From: Octopus sinensis | Lineage: Eukaryota | Direction: 5' to 3' | Length of the DNA: 64,000 nucleotides | NCBI RefSeq assembly: GCF_006345805.1 | Contig: NC_042997.1 | Location: forward strand, 171,120,001-171,184,000 | Shown here: positions 25,709 to 38,462 of the stretch, piece by piece | Numbering within the stretch: the stretch's first letter is position 1 | How the letters are laid out: each line of letters begins with the position of its first letter | The notes under the pieces: generated by a model | Told to the model about the DNA's origin: nothing | What the model saw: only the letters and a program-made list of their open reading frames with translations | The model's database searches: none | Position numbers and translations under genes: made by a program

Positions 25709-27120
25709 TACAATATTTCTAGAAGAATTTCTGCCTTATCTTCTTGTAAGGAAGTTTTCGATAGCAACTCGGATTACTATAATCAGGCTGATTGCAATAT
25801 GAAAATAGAATGTCTAGATATTTCTAGCAATGAATATACTGATAAATCGAAACTTACTAGTAATGGTTATGGATTTGATTTTAAATGTCCCAAATCTAAA
25901 CGAAAGGGTAAATATGAATCAGAAAGTGGGCATAACTACTGTGAGAGTAATCCTCTAAGTCCAGTTACTAATGTCCGCAAATATAAATATAATTATGTGA
26001 TAAAAGGTTATAATTCTAAATTGGTCTATAAGGTGAATAAGCTAGGCCATTCTAATTTAGTTTTGGACAAGAGTAACATTATATGGTATGTTATTCCCTA
26101 TGCCAGTTAATTAAAAAGAAACTTAGTTGGAGCCGTGTATCAATTGTTTCTAAAACACTTTAATAAAAAAGGAAATGTAATGAGGTTTTGAATCCGAGAT
26201 CCATTAAGGTTGCTTTTTCGGTCTCTCAGAATTGATCTCAGATTATTTCTTCTATTAATGGAAAGAAATTATCCAGTTTTTATCTTCGCGATAACTTGGT
26301 TAATTCTAGCGAGACTGATTCCATGAGTACCAATGTTAATGACTTTCCTAATAGCCGGTTTGGTAACGATAGTTTGAATTCTTATATAAATTTCAATAAT
26401 AGTGGAGGTAATAGCCTTTCACTTAATGGATAATTCAATTGTTGAAGGTGCAAGTAGGGGTGAGAATTTCCTTTGTGATTGTAAAAACAAAGAAAATTGT
26501 TTATTTGGTCATTTTTGTAAGCGTAAGGAAGTCGTCTATCAAGTTAAAGTTATTTCTGAAGGCGGCGAGCTGGCAGAAGCGTCAGCACGCCGGGCGAAAT
26601 GAGTAACCATATTTCGTCTGCCGTTACGTTCTGAGTTCAAATTCCGCCGAGGTCGACTTTGCCTTTCATCCTTTCGGGGTCGATAAATTAAGTACCAGTT
26701 ACGCACTGAGGTCGATGTAATCGAATTAATCCGTTTGTCTGTCCTTGTTTGTCCCCTCTGTGTGTAGCCCTTGTGGGTAGTAAGAAATAGTTATTTCTGA
26801 GGGTAATGATTACTTTTATATTGGTTCCTCTGCAAATTATATTAAGAAGAGGGTTCCAAATCATTGCCATTATTTTAGGGACAGAAATAGGGCTTCTACT
26901 AGTTTTAGTAATTTTATCTGGAATCTTAAAGATAATAAATAAAACGTACTTTATTGAATGGAGCATTTGGGGGACGGCCCCGGCTTATAGGATTGGTAAT
27001 AAGTTCTGCTCTCTTTGTTCTGAGGAATTATTTTTTATTCTTTTTTCTAGAAGAAGGCTGTTAAACTCTAAATCTGAAAAGAGTTTTTTTCTATATTCAT
27101 AGGAATGAATATGTGTTTAA
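25709..27120 (+). pseudogene. Penelope-like element relic (RT C-terminus plus GIY-YIG endonuclease)
   Basis: RRISALSSCKEVFDSNSDYYNQA; NIIWYVIPY; CDCKNKENCLFGHFCKRKEVVYQVKV; YFYIGSS; IEWSIWGTAPAYRIGNKFCSLCSEE; LLNSKSE. Confidence 0.85.
26560..26788 (+). mobile_element. SINE-A with 12-bp TSD inside the Penelope endonuclease region
   Basis: AGTTATTTCTGA at 26548-26559 and 26789-26800. Confidence 0.92.
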
Positions 27121-27145
27121 ATATTTCAATTAAGTATGTCTATTA

Positions 27146-27426
27146 TGGAGGCGCAATGGCCTCGCGGTCGTAGGATCGTGGTTTCGATTCCCAGACCGGG
27201 CGTTGTGAGTGTTTATTGAGCTAAAACTCCACGAGGCTCCGGCAAGGGGTGGTGGCGATCCCTGCTGTACTCTTTCGCCACAACTTTCTCTCACTCTTTC
27301 TTCTGTTGGCCTGCTCGCTTAGCCAGCGGGGTGGCGTCATTTGAAGGCTAAAACAATGCGAAGCGCATTGTGACCAGCGATGTGTAACAACATCTGATAG
27401 CGTGGTCGGTCACGGTGATCACGGTG
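27146..27426 (+). mobile_element. SINE family C (C2 tail) with 10-bp TSD
   Basis: ATGTCTATTA at 27136-27145 and 27427-27436. Confidence 0.9.
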
Positions 27427-28924
27427 ATGTCTATTAGAGGTGTTATATTCTATCTAGTTTTATTTTGATTTAGTGGTTTTTGAGAGTTTGATAATTTCGG
27501 TTTCACCCTTTGTATTTAGTACTCAAGTTGGTTCCTCTCTCATTGTTTCTTTTATTAAAAAAATTTTTTTTTAATTTTATAATTTTTTTAATCTAAAAAA
27601 AAATTAATTTAATTTTCAAGATATTGTGAGTATTTTTAATTTTGGTTCATCTGTGATTGGGAAACGGTGGATTTTTACATTTAATTCATTTAATTATCTA
27701 TTATCTTACTACCGTTTTGATATTTCTATATATGTATCTATTTATTAGTTGACCCCGTGCCGTTTGTAATTGAAGGCTAATTGTTATTTAAACAAGCTAC
27801 AAAATGCAGTACAGAATTTTTACAGATACAACGCTCACATATTTCCCAAACGCACGCATACACACACATACTCAAACAAAATTGGAATGATGTCAGACTT
27901 TTTTAATTTTCAGAGTTGTACGTTTCCATTACGCACGCACACACTGACTCACACACACACATACACACAGATGCACGCGCACACACAAACATTCACATAT
28001 CTCTCTTTTTCATACACACACATATACGCATATACTCACACAGAGTTGAATGGAGGTTTTCACTTTATTCGCCCCTTCCTTTCTCATTCATATGTTAAGA
28101 ACAGAGGATACACTCCGCGTTCTTCTTTCTCAAACGGTTCTTATCTTCTCTCACTCTATCAGTCATGGCTATTACTCTCTACCTCTCCTTCACTGTATTA
28201 CTATTTTTCTCTCCTCTCCCTTCACTGATGCTACTCTTTCTCTTTCTCCGTTCTACTGTTTTACTTGTAGAAGGCTATTTTGTAAACAAAAGAATTGTTT
28301 TTTTTGTTGTTTTTCTTTTGTTTTTATTTTTATTTTCAATTTCGTTTTATATTACAATATTTTAAACTTTGAATTAGGACATTTATTACTTTTTAGTGGA
28401 TAATATATCGGTTTGTAGTTATTAATTTTAATTTTTGATTAGATAACACTCTTATTTTTTGTAGTTAATTTTTGTTTCATTAAATTTATCTGATTTTTCT
28501 AGATATTTACATATCGTGAGTTGTAATGTTAATAAAACGCTGGAGTGTTTTTTTTTTAATATATATATTTCTGGTTTTGAATATTTGGCGTTCTAGTTAT
28601 CTTTCATTCTATTATAATTTGTTCATTCCCGTCTGGGCTATGAAAGGTCTTTGTATATTTTTGTTGGTCGTAATTATTCATACCAGTATGTAATTCCTGA
28701 CGAAGAATCTAATTTTTATTTCTTGAAGAGTTTTTCGTTTTTTTGTCTTTGGAATTAATTAGACTCTGAAGCAATTTGTAGAATAAGTAGAAAGATATTT
28801 TTCAATACATAAATACTTAACAGTATATAGAAAGGATAAGGATCTTTTCACTTTATAAAAGTTTAATAACGATAAGCTTTTATTCATGCGAACATAACTG
28901 ATATGAAATATGTCATAAATAACC

Positions 28925-29190
28925 GTGACATTTTCGTATGACACCGCAAATTATTGTTGTTGACAGACTATGGCAGAAATTGAATTCACCTCAATAGACG
29001 TCATTGATTGGTTGAAATTGCCGAAATGCAAGAAATTAAACAACAAATAGCTTACAAACTACAGAATTTTCTCAAGAAAGCCAAGAGAAAAAGATGTTTT
29101 ATAAACACATTCTACCAGTATATGAAGGTTAAAAGTGTTTAGTTACCAAGAAATTATTTTAAAAATCTGCCGGTCAAAGCGAAAAGATCC
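28925..29190 (+). mobile_element. Right arm of GGATC-ended foldback/MITE family
   Basis: Ends CTGCCGGTCAAAGCGAAAAGATCC. Confidence 0.75.
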
Positions 29191-29221
29191 AAGGATAAAA
29201 TCCTTTTGAGAGCAGAAAAAA

Positions 29222-31930
29222 CCGGGGTTTTCCGAAAATCCGCCCATGGGCGTTTATTTGGATGGGTGATTATTTGAGGTTAAAATTTGAAACAGAGTTA
29301 GTGTTCTTGATTCCACATTCTATTTAGACGTTCATTTGCTCTACGTTTGTAGATAAATTCAAAGGATTTTTATTCCCAATAATGGAGTCGAAAGATAATA
29401 TATCAAAACGTTTTCAACGATCATATACCATTAGTGAAAAATTGAGTGCTATTAAACGAGTGAAAGAACATTCTGGCAATTCATCTGCTGTGTCAAGAGA
29501 CAGGTATTGATAGAAAGCGATTGAGAGAATGGTGCACAAAAGAAACTGAGTTAATCCATGTCAGACAAGAGGAGGTGCAGATCAATTGGTGGAGGTAGAG
29601 ATCTAGAGATTGAACTCTTACAGTGGATTGTTGTTCAGCGGGCAAACAATATAATTGTAAATTATCACTGTTTACGGGAATATACTTTTGAATTGGCAAA
29701 AAGGTTTGGAATTGAAATGAACAGCTTTAGATGTTCTGATAAATGGATTTTCAATTTCATGAAACGGAAAAAAACTGACTGTGAGAAAGATTACTCATGT
29801 TGGTAAAGCAGACAATAAAACACTTAGAGAAAAGGTACAAATTGCCAGTGACTATCTAGATAGCATTCCAGTATTAACAGCAGATAAGGATACTGACCAG
29901 ATTTATAATATGGATGAAACACCTGTATACGTAGACATGTTGAGTTCAACAACCATAGATGCTAGCGACTGTGGTGCTACCAAATTTCGTTTTACTGCTG
30001 TGTTGTGTGTTAATGCTGTAGGAAAGGTGTTGAAAATAATGATTATCCTTAAAGGATTAAAAATCATGCCTAAAATCAAGGTCCCAAAGAATATTTACCT
30101 AACAGTCTCCAACAAGGGATCAATCACATATGAACTCATGGAGCTGTGGGCTGACAAAGTGTTTGGGCAGAAAACAGCACAACTATTCTATGCTCAAAAT
30201 TCAGTGCTATTCATGGATGAATGCTCAGTGCACAAGAAAACAGAACTCCTAGAAGTGTTCAAAAGTAGGAATACAATTCTCAAACTTATACCTCCTAAAA
30301 CATCTTACTTGCAGCCATTAGATGTGTAGCGAATCTTGCATGCATGAAGTGGATTCGATCCACCACAGCCAAATTTAAATTAACACTGCTACAGAACTTT
30401 TCCCATGATGGAATAATGGTTTTTTTCTGACAGTAGTTTTACATCTTCCAAATGCCTTTTGCTAGGCCGAAATAATGTCTTCACCACTTGACCCTTTCTA
30501 ACCTCTTCTACTTCACCAAAAGCTAGAATAGATAACAAAACCACCAACTAAATCTATTGTTCTCAAATAATATATCTATCCTTCTGGATCTTTATATAAG
30601 CAAGCTTACCCCAAGCAAAAATCAGTTAGTCACCAGCCGGGTGACGACTCAACCAAGTTCGTCACAGTCGTGACAACTCAACAGAGTTAAGGAAAGGACT
30701 GCAAGAATCATGACCACAAGGAATGTAGCTACTAAAGATAATGGTCAGCGAGAGAAATGAAATTTACTGTCAGACAACATCCAACACTTCTCTCTAGCTC
30801 TAATTCTGTTCTCTTACAACATCATTCTATCTGTCTCCGCAATTACTACTAAACAATGAAGAGAACCTAAACTCAAACATTCTGCCGCATCTAACTTTCG
30901 CATGCTTTTGGCTTTATCAACCTGCCCGTCGAGGCAAGGTATTGAAACGTAACGGTAAGTAAACATTTCCTTAAAACTTCATGCATTGTTCATCTTACAC
31001 ATTTTACAACTTGCCGTTTTAATAACAAACTCTTATCGTCACAACTGCTGACTCTAACATTTCATAAAATTGTTCATTAATCAATTTCTCCTGTTACAAT
31101 TGGTAACCTAACCACACCAAAAGAAAACAATTTCTTGCCGTTACAGATGTATCAATTATTTGTTCTTTCAAGAAAGCCCTTCGTGCTGAATGGGAAAATT
31201 GGTTTTCAAACGGCAAAAAGAAGTATACAAATAAAGGATATCGCAAAAACCTTCTTATCAAGAGATAGTGAAGCTTGTGACCTAAACTGTTGTCACTTTA
31301 AATGAAGAAAGTATAAAGCGTGCTTTTGAATGTTGTAGAATTGCTCCTCGTGGACAGAATGTAGAGAATAGCCTCTTAAACTCACGCTTACAGGATGTTT
31401 TGTCTGGCCTTGAGGTAAATTCACCAGATGCACATAATGATAAAATTGAAGAAGATGAGATACAAGTAAATGAAATTTGCTATGATGTGAATTATGACCA
31501 AGCAACAAGTGAAGAAATTCATGATATTTAACTTGAAACTATTCGGTTATTATTCTACCATAAATGCCCAAGGACATTATTTGTTCATACGAGGCTTCTA
31601 TTCATGTTTTCAACAGTTTAATTTTCAATATTTCCTAATAGATCCATTGTTAACATCAGAATATTTTTTAATATGCTACTTCTTTCAAGGCTGTTTCAGT
31701 TACTTTGTGTCTGAATATCTGATAACTGAAACGATAGAAGTTTAATGGAATTGTATAAAATAAATATGGTTTTTCAGAATATCTTTGTTTTTCCTAGGTG
31801 AAATATTTTACTTCCATATTACCACCCGTGGACGCTTATTATAGGTGGGCGGTTATTTAAGCCAAAAAATTGTTTAGTAAAATAGAATTTTGCGTTTAAC
31901 AGCCCTGGGCGGATTTTCGGAAAACACCGG
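29222..31930 (+). mobile_element. pogo-family DNA transposon, decayed
   Basis: TIRs CCGG(G/T)GTTTTCCGAAAATCCGCCC, TA at right end. Broken transposase about 29382-31530: N-terminal HTH, CENP-B-type HTH (FRCSDKWIFNFMKR), NMDETP, FMDECSVH, LQPLDV, FKKALRAEW. Confidence 0.92.
30325..31145. mobile_element. 821-bp TGT...ACA insertion with 4-bp TSD (solo LTR or Ginger-type)
   Basis: GATG at 30321-30324 and 31146-31149; removal restores PLDVSI..SFKKALR. Confidence 0.7.
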
Positions 31931-32099
31931 TATATACTGTTCTGTTATTACGTGTTGAAAGAATATATCTTTCTAATTGCTCTTCAATACATTTCAACGC
32001 TTCAAAAACAAACTCATATTGTTTTTTTACATATGACGTGATTTGTAGAATGTATATTGGTTCTGTACCAACCTGGATTGTGAATTAAAGTTCGTCTAC

Positions 32100-33069
32100 A
32101 TCTACAATTTTTCCTTTCCTTACACTTCATTTATTGTGTTTGCATATACTGAAAATGCATTTTATATACTCATATATGCGTGTATATATACATGTAGAGG
32201 TAGGTACGTACATATATGTATATATATATATGCATATGTTTTATTTATTAATATGACGGAACGCACGCATCCCTTTCTAAGTAAGATTGTTCTTGATATT
32301 AATTTTGATGCGCACTCTTAACCTTTCTGTCCCCTCCCTTTCTCAGCCTTCATTCTCTGATTTCCTTTTCTTCTACTTAACTGTCTCTCCCTCTCCCTCA
32401 TTCTTCACTTTCTCTCTCTCCCTCTCTCTCATTCTACATTCTTTCTGGTTTCCTCACAACCATTCCCCTTTCTTCTCTCCCTTTCTCTTACTCCTCCTCC
32501 TCCCTCCCGCCGTTAACCCGCGACGAGAGCCTTGCCACCTTCTTTCTTGCCTGACCTTCTTGGGGTGTGGACGGCAATTTTCTTTGCTCCCTTCGCCGTC
32601 CAAAGAAATAGCGTTCGTAATACTTTTTTTCGTTCGGCTTAACAGCCCTTCTTGTCTTGTTATTTACCTTGTCCTGTCTTTTACTGCTTATATTTTGTAC
32701 TGTCGTTAAAGTCCTGTTTTTGTTACCATTTTTACCCCTCTGCAAAAAGATCTCAAATTTTATTTGATTTGCTTTTCGCAGGAAGGAAAGTTTCTATCGA
32801 AGATACGTCTCGCCTTCACCTTCGAAACGTAGAGTAGATGAAACCATGGTGACTGAAGAAGGGTTTTTTTCCTTGTGTTATTTGTCCTGTACTCTTTTTT
32901 TTTGTTGTTGTTTAAGGAAAATGTCCAGTTCCTTGGGTTTGTGTCTATGTTTTCGTTTCTCATTGTGTTCTACGTTTTTTTGGTGTCCTGTACTCATATA
33001 TGCGTGTATATATACATGTAGAGGTAGGTACGTACATATATGTATATATATATGCATATGTTTTATTTA

Positions 33070-33075
<6 letters not shown>
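32100..33075 (+). mobile_element. Non-coding element with direct terminal repeats (Penelope pseudo-LTR-like)
   Basis: About 88-bp near-identical direct repeat at 32167-32254 and 32991-33075. Confidence 0.6.
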
Positions 33076-33128
<53 letters not shown>

Positions 33129-33192
33129 TTTACTTTAAGTGTACTGGCAGACTTGGATATTTGACATTCCTTTGAAGGATTTCGGTCCTCAC

Positions 33193-33254
<62 letters not shown>

Positions 33255-33258
33255 ATAT

Positions 33259-34089
33259 AGGTAAACAGTAAAAATAATTACAGACATGGACAAGAACATG
33301 AAACACCACAGAGACGACACAAGAACCACAGGACGGGACATTCGAAGCCTTCAGTCATCAGTCAAGAACCAGATCATCTTAGCAATTTCGGCTGATTAAT
33401 CCTGAGATTGCTCCGATATGGCCAGCCCGCCAAGGGAAATCTAAGCCAAGCGCATTAGATCCCCTGGAAGAAAGCCTCGAATGTATACAACGCGAGGACG
33501 GAAAACGAACGAAGTACATAAACAAAAATACAGAATACGTGACACCAATAAGAATACAAAAACGTAAAAACAATAACGGTAAAAATAAAAAAAAAAATAA
33601 ACAACAAACAAAACCAGGACGTAGGACAAGGGTCTTTCGACAGGACGAGTTGAGTATGGGGCTGGCTTGTGAAGTTGTGCCTAATGGCCACGGGGAGACG
33701 AACAAATACGTGTTGCTTCTGCGGCTGCTGAAAACGAAAAGAGCGCTCAACAGCGGCTAGCGATCACGTGAGAACAAAAGACAGGAGAAAGGGACAGATG
33801 AAAAGAGAGAGAAGGTGGACGAGGGAGGAGAAGAAAGAGACAGGTCGAAGGGGCTGGAGGTGAGAGAGATAGAGAAACGTAGAAGGGGGGGGGAGACGGA
33901 TGGAGAGGGAAAGAAAGGAAGGGGAATAAGGGAGGAGAGAGAGAGAGAAAAAGAGACAGATTAAGAGTCGTATCAATGCTAGACAAAAAATATACTTATC
34001 GTATAAGGACAATTGTGGATACGTAGCCGCCGATTATATAGGTAAACAGTAAAAATAATTACAGACATGGACAAGAACATGAAACACCA
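33259..34089 (-). mobile_element. Non-coding element with 50-bp direct terminal repeats in (TA)n
   Basis: AGGTAAACAG...GAAACACCA at 33259-33308 and 34040-34089. Confidence 0.6.
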
Positions 34090-34090
34090 T

Positions 34091-34393
34091 ATATATATAG
34101 GATATGAAAGGTATTGGTGTACGCTACGTAAGGGCTATGGATAGACCATGGGTAAGCTCCAGTCTCGATAATTATACGAAAGAGGAGTCGAACGTGGGTC
34201 AATTTATATATATATATATATATTTATATATATACATATATATGTACATATATGCATATATATGTATAAACATATAAATTTGTATTTATACATACATACA
34301 AATATATATATATAAGAGGTATATAGAGAGCAATACGAAAATGGAGGCAATCAATATGTGCTTCATCAACTTTTAGACATTATATTATGTCAA

Positions 34394-34437
<44 letters not shown>

Positions 34438-34740
34438 TTGACATAATATAATGTCTAAAAGTTGATGAAGCACATATTGATTGCCTCCATTTTCGTATTG
34501 CTCTCTATATACCTCTTATATATATATATTTGTATGTATGTATAAATACAAATTTATATGTTTATACATATATATGCATATATGTACATATATATGTATA
34601 TATATAAATATATATATATATATATAAATTGACCCACGTTCGACTCCTCTTTCGTATAATTATCGAGACTGGAGCTTACCCATGGTCTATCCATAGCCCT
34701 TACGTAGCGTACACCAATACCTTTCATATCCTATATATAT
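34091..34740. repeat. 650-bp apparently perfect palindrome centred on (TA)n
   Basis: Arms mirror about position 34415; no difference seen by eye, including microsatellite lengths. Confidence 0.92.
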
Positions 34741-34741
34741 A

Positions 34742-34796
<55 letters not shown>

Positions 34797-34824
34797 CATG
34801 TAAACATATACATGTATGTATATA

Positions 34825-34866
<42 letters not shown>

Positions 34867-34919
34867 CATATATATATATATATATATATGTATGCATGTA
34901 TAAATGTAATATATAATGT

Positions 34920-35221
34920 GAGGTAATAGTTTCACTATAAATAGTGAAACTGTTAAAAGTGAAAATATTACAAGTGAAACTATTATCTCAGATTACAATA
35001 GGGATGTTATTGTTTCACTTTTGACACATAATACCGAAACAGTGTAAGAGATTGCCCCGGGCTCGCATTTGGCAAGAAGCTGAAAATTTTTGGCACATGT
35101 CTCTCCATGGGCCTAAGTAGTGCATCTGTGAAATTTTAATGAAATCGGTTGGGCAGGTCTCGAGTTTTAGTGATGCACACACACACACACACATACACAT
35201 TATCAGTTTTATATATATAGA
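34920..35221 (-). mobile_element. Helitron-like 5' fragment
   Basis: Minus strand A|TCTATATATATAAAACTG followed by (GT)n; no 3' CTAG end. Confidence 0.55.
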
Positions 35222-35667
35222 TATAATATGTGTGTGTGGGAGTATCTATGTATATATATGTGTGTGTGCGTGTGTATGTGTATGTGTTTGTGTGTGAGTA
35301 TCTAAGTATAAATGTATGTGTGTATGTGTGTGTGTGCGCGCGTCTTTATGTCTGTCACCTTCACCCTCATCGCTTGACAACCGGTGTTGGTTATCTCACG
35401 TCTCCATTGCATTGTGGTTCAACGAAATAGACCGACAGCATGAATGCTACACTAAAAACCAAACATAAGGTCTGGGGTCGATTTATTCGACTAAAACCTT
35501 TCAAAGTGGTGCTCTACCATGACTACTGTCCGGTGACTGAACATTTCAGTCATCTGACTGCGTTCATGGTGGGATTATCACCTTCAGATATTTCATTCGT
35601 TGTATGAAATATTAGTTGCAATATACATAATTTCATGCTTCAGTAGCAATGTCATTATGTATGAAAC

Positions 35668-36052
35668 TAAAGGCGGCGAGCTGGCAGAATCGTTAGCACG
35701 TCCGACGAAATGCTTCGCGGTAATTCGTCTGCTGTTACGTTCTGAGTTCAAATTCTGCCGAGGTCGACTCTGCTTTTCAGCCTTTCGGGGTCGATAAATT
35801 AAGTACCAGTTGCATACTGAGATCGATCCAATCGGCTGACCCCCTCCCCCAAAATTTCAGGCCTAGTACCCAAAGCAGAAAAATTACTAAAAAAGGCGGA
35901 GAGCAGGCAGAAACGTTTGCACGCCGTGTGAAATGCTTAGCAGTATTTCGTCTGTCTTTATGTTCTGAGTTCAGATTCCGCCGAGATCGACTTTGTCTTT
36001 TATCCTTCGGGGTCGATAAATTAAGTACCAGTTGCGTACTGGGGTCGCTCTA
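35668..36052 (+). mobile_element. Two adjacent SINE-A' copies
   Basis: Heads at about 35668 and 35893. Confidence 0.8.
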
Positions 36053-36111
36053 ACACTGAACTACGCCATTGGTTGTAATTGTTTTGGGAGTAACTTGATC
36101 TAAGAGCGTAT

Positions 36112-36523
36112 ACTCTTTACTCTTTTACTTGTTTCAGTCATTTGACTGCGGCCATGCTAGAGCACCGTCTTTAGTCGAGCAAATCGACCCCCAGGACTTA
36201 TTCTTTGTAAGCCTAGTACTTATTCTATCGGTCTCTTTTGCTGAACCACTAAGTTACGGGGACGTAAACACACCAGCATCGGTTGTCAAGCGATGTTGAG
36301 GGGACAAACACAGACACACAAACATATATACACACATACATATATGTATATACATATATACGACGGGCTTCTTTCAGCTTCTGTCTACCAAATCCACTCA
36401 CAAGGCTTTGGTCGACCTGAGACTATAGTAGAAAACACTTGCCTAAGGTGCCAACAGTAGGACTGAACCTGGAACCATGTGGTTGGTAAGCAAGCTACTT
36501 ACCACACAGCCACTCCTGCGCCC
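36112..36523 (-). mobile_element. Full-length SINE-B directly downstream of U6
   Basis: Head GGGCGCAGGAGTGGC abuts the U6 T5 end; tail AAAAGAGTAAAGAGT. Confidence 0.92.
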
Positions 36524-36573
36524 AAAAATATGGAACGCTTCCCGAATTTGTGTGTAATCCTTGCGCAGGGGCC

Positions 36574-36606
<33 letters not shown>

Positions 36607-36630
36607 AATATGTACCGCCGAAATGATTAC
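36524..36630 (-). pseudogene. U6: Full-length (107 nt) U6 snRNA copy, probably a pseudogene
   Basis: Minus strand GTAATCATTTCGGCGGTACATATTCTAAAATTGGAACGATACAGAGAAGATTAGCATGGCCCCTGCGCAAGGATTACACACAAATTCGGGAAGCGTTCCATATTTTT. ACAGAGA box and AGC triad intact; weakened 5' stem; 4 substitutions in the invariant core relative to the canonical sequence as recalled. Confidence 0.95.
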
Positions 36631-36934
36631 ATCATGGAAGAGCCATTTTAGCCATATAAAAACACATTTCTTATAGTAAAAGACCATAATATTCTGCGTT
36701 TAAACCTGCCAAATCGTTCTATATCTCTCTGTACACGGGTACACCGTGCAAATAACGACTTTTTAAATTTATGATTATTATGAAAGTATTATTTTAATTA
36801 CATTATAATTATTTCGCTAATTATATATTTTCCGCTCTGATTTAGCTGGTTTGACAAGTTACACTTTGGTGTTGAAACATCATAAAGAAAAAGTAGATTT
36901 TAAATTATGTGAATTGTTTGAAATATTTACATCT

Positions 36935-37650
36935 GGCGTGGCTGCGTGGTAAGAAGCATGCTTCTCAACTACATGGTTCCGGGTTCAGTCTCACTGAGTG
37001 GCACCTTGGGCGAGTGTCTTCTACTATAAGTCTCTGGCCGACCAAGACATTGTGAGTGGATTTGATAGACGGAAACTGAAAGAAGCCCGTCGCACATGTA
37101 TATGTATATATGTATTACATACAAAATTTAGAGGACTGACCATTAAAGTGGACAGCCTATATGCTAAACATAGACGTCAAATCGCCATTACCACGAAGAA
37201 TGTGCTTTCAAGAAAATCTCAGCAAAAAAATCAAAATGTAAAAATAAGCAAGACAAATGAAAATATACGAAATAAAAAACGATTACCTATGTACCATTGG
37301 TTTCACTTGTTAATAGTTACGTATATGAACGCGCAAATATCTGCAAGATCGTCAGCATAGTCAGTCGTTTACAAAACATAATTTCCAGAACTAGATACAG
37401 AACGTTACATGTATATATTTATATGTATGTGGTTGTCTTTGTGTTTGTGATTGTCTTCCCACCATCGCTTGACAACCGATGCTGGCGTGTTTACGTCCCC
37501 ATAACGTGGCGGTTCGGCAAAATAGACCGATAGAATAAATACTAGGCTTACAAAGAATAAGTTCTGGGGTCGATTTGTTCGATTAAAAATCCCTTCAAGG
37601 CGGTGCTAAGCATAGCCACAGTCTAATAACTGAATCAACTAAAAGAATAA
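36935..37650 (+). mobile_element. SINE-B split by about 315 bp of unique sequence in its microsatellite linker
   Basis: 5' half about 36935-37105; 3' half about 37420-37650. Confidence 0.8.
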
Positions 37651-38299
37651 AATAATAAAGAACCTAGGTTAAATGCAAATATTTCCCAAAATTCAGATCT
37701 TAATGTTGTCTTATTTTCCTGTTTTCTATTGTCTTCTTTAGTCTTACTTTTTACTTACTTCTTCCAGCTTTGGTAGGTGTCTTCTTTCGAACTATGTCTT
37801 GTGCGTGAAATTGGGTGGACGAAAATTCTGTGAAAACCTTTTTTTGTAATCCGTGATTTCTTTCCGATATTGATGTATTTCACACTGCAGAAATCGTTAA
37901 CTAACCGAAATGCACTTTTCATAAAAGCGACGAGCACGCATATACAACCGTACTCGCATGATCTCACATAATTTTACAGTTAGTAATTAACATAACAGTA
38001 TATGACAATTATAGAATAATCCAGTGCTTCATTCACCGCATAGCAAAAGAAATAGCATTTAGAAGAAATGTCAAAAAGTTAGAAATTAGTGAGTAAAACA
38101 AAACCAAGTAATTAACAGCACAAAATATAATGAGAAAAAAATCAAGTTATTGTTTAGCATTATAATCATATAATCATTTAAATAGATGGACGTTCTTCTA
38201 GTTCATTTTGCTGTGCTAGAATTATTTCTTGCAATTATATTAAAGTGATGAATTGATACGTCCTTATCAAGTGTTTTCGAAATTTTGCTCATTAGTGTA

Positions 38300-38311
38300 C
38301 GAGTAGTAGTT

Positions 38312-38352
<41 letters not shown>

Positions 38353-38398
38353 GGTGGTGGTGGTGGTGGTGGTGGTGGTGGTCTCGGTGGTGGTGGTG

Positions 38399-38445
<47 letters not shown>

Positions 38446-38462
38446 GGTGGTGGTGGTGGTGA
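38300..38462 (+). repeat. Compound (GTA)n/(GTG)n microsatellite
   Basis: Direct repeats. Confidence 0.95.

Noticed and set aside
30326-31144. Insertion in the pogo transposase read as a GT...AG intron
   Set aside because: Splicing at GTAGCG...TTACAG leaves 4 extra nt and breaks the frame; a TGT...ACA element with a 4-bp TSD explains it exactly.
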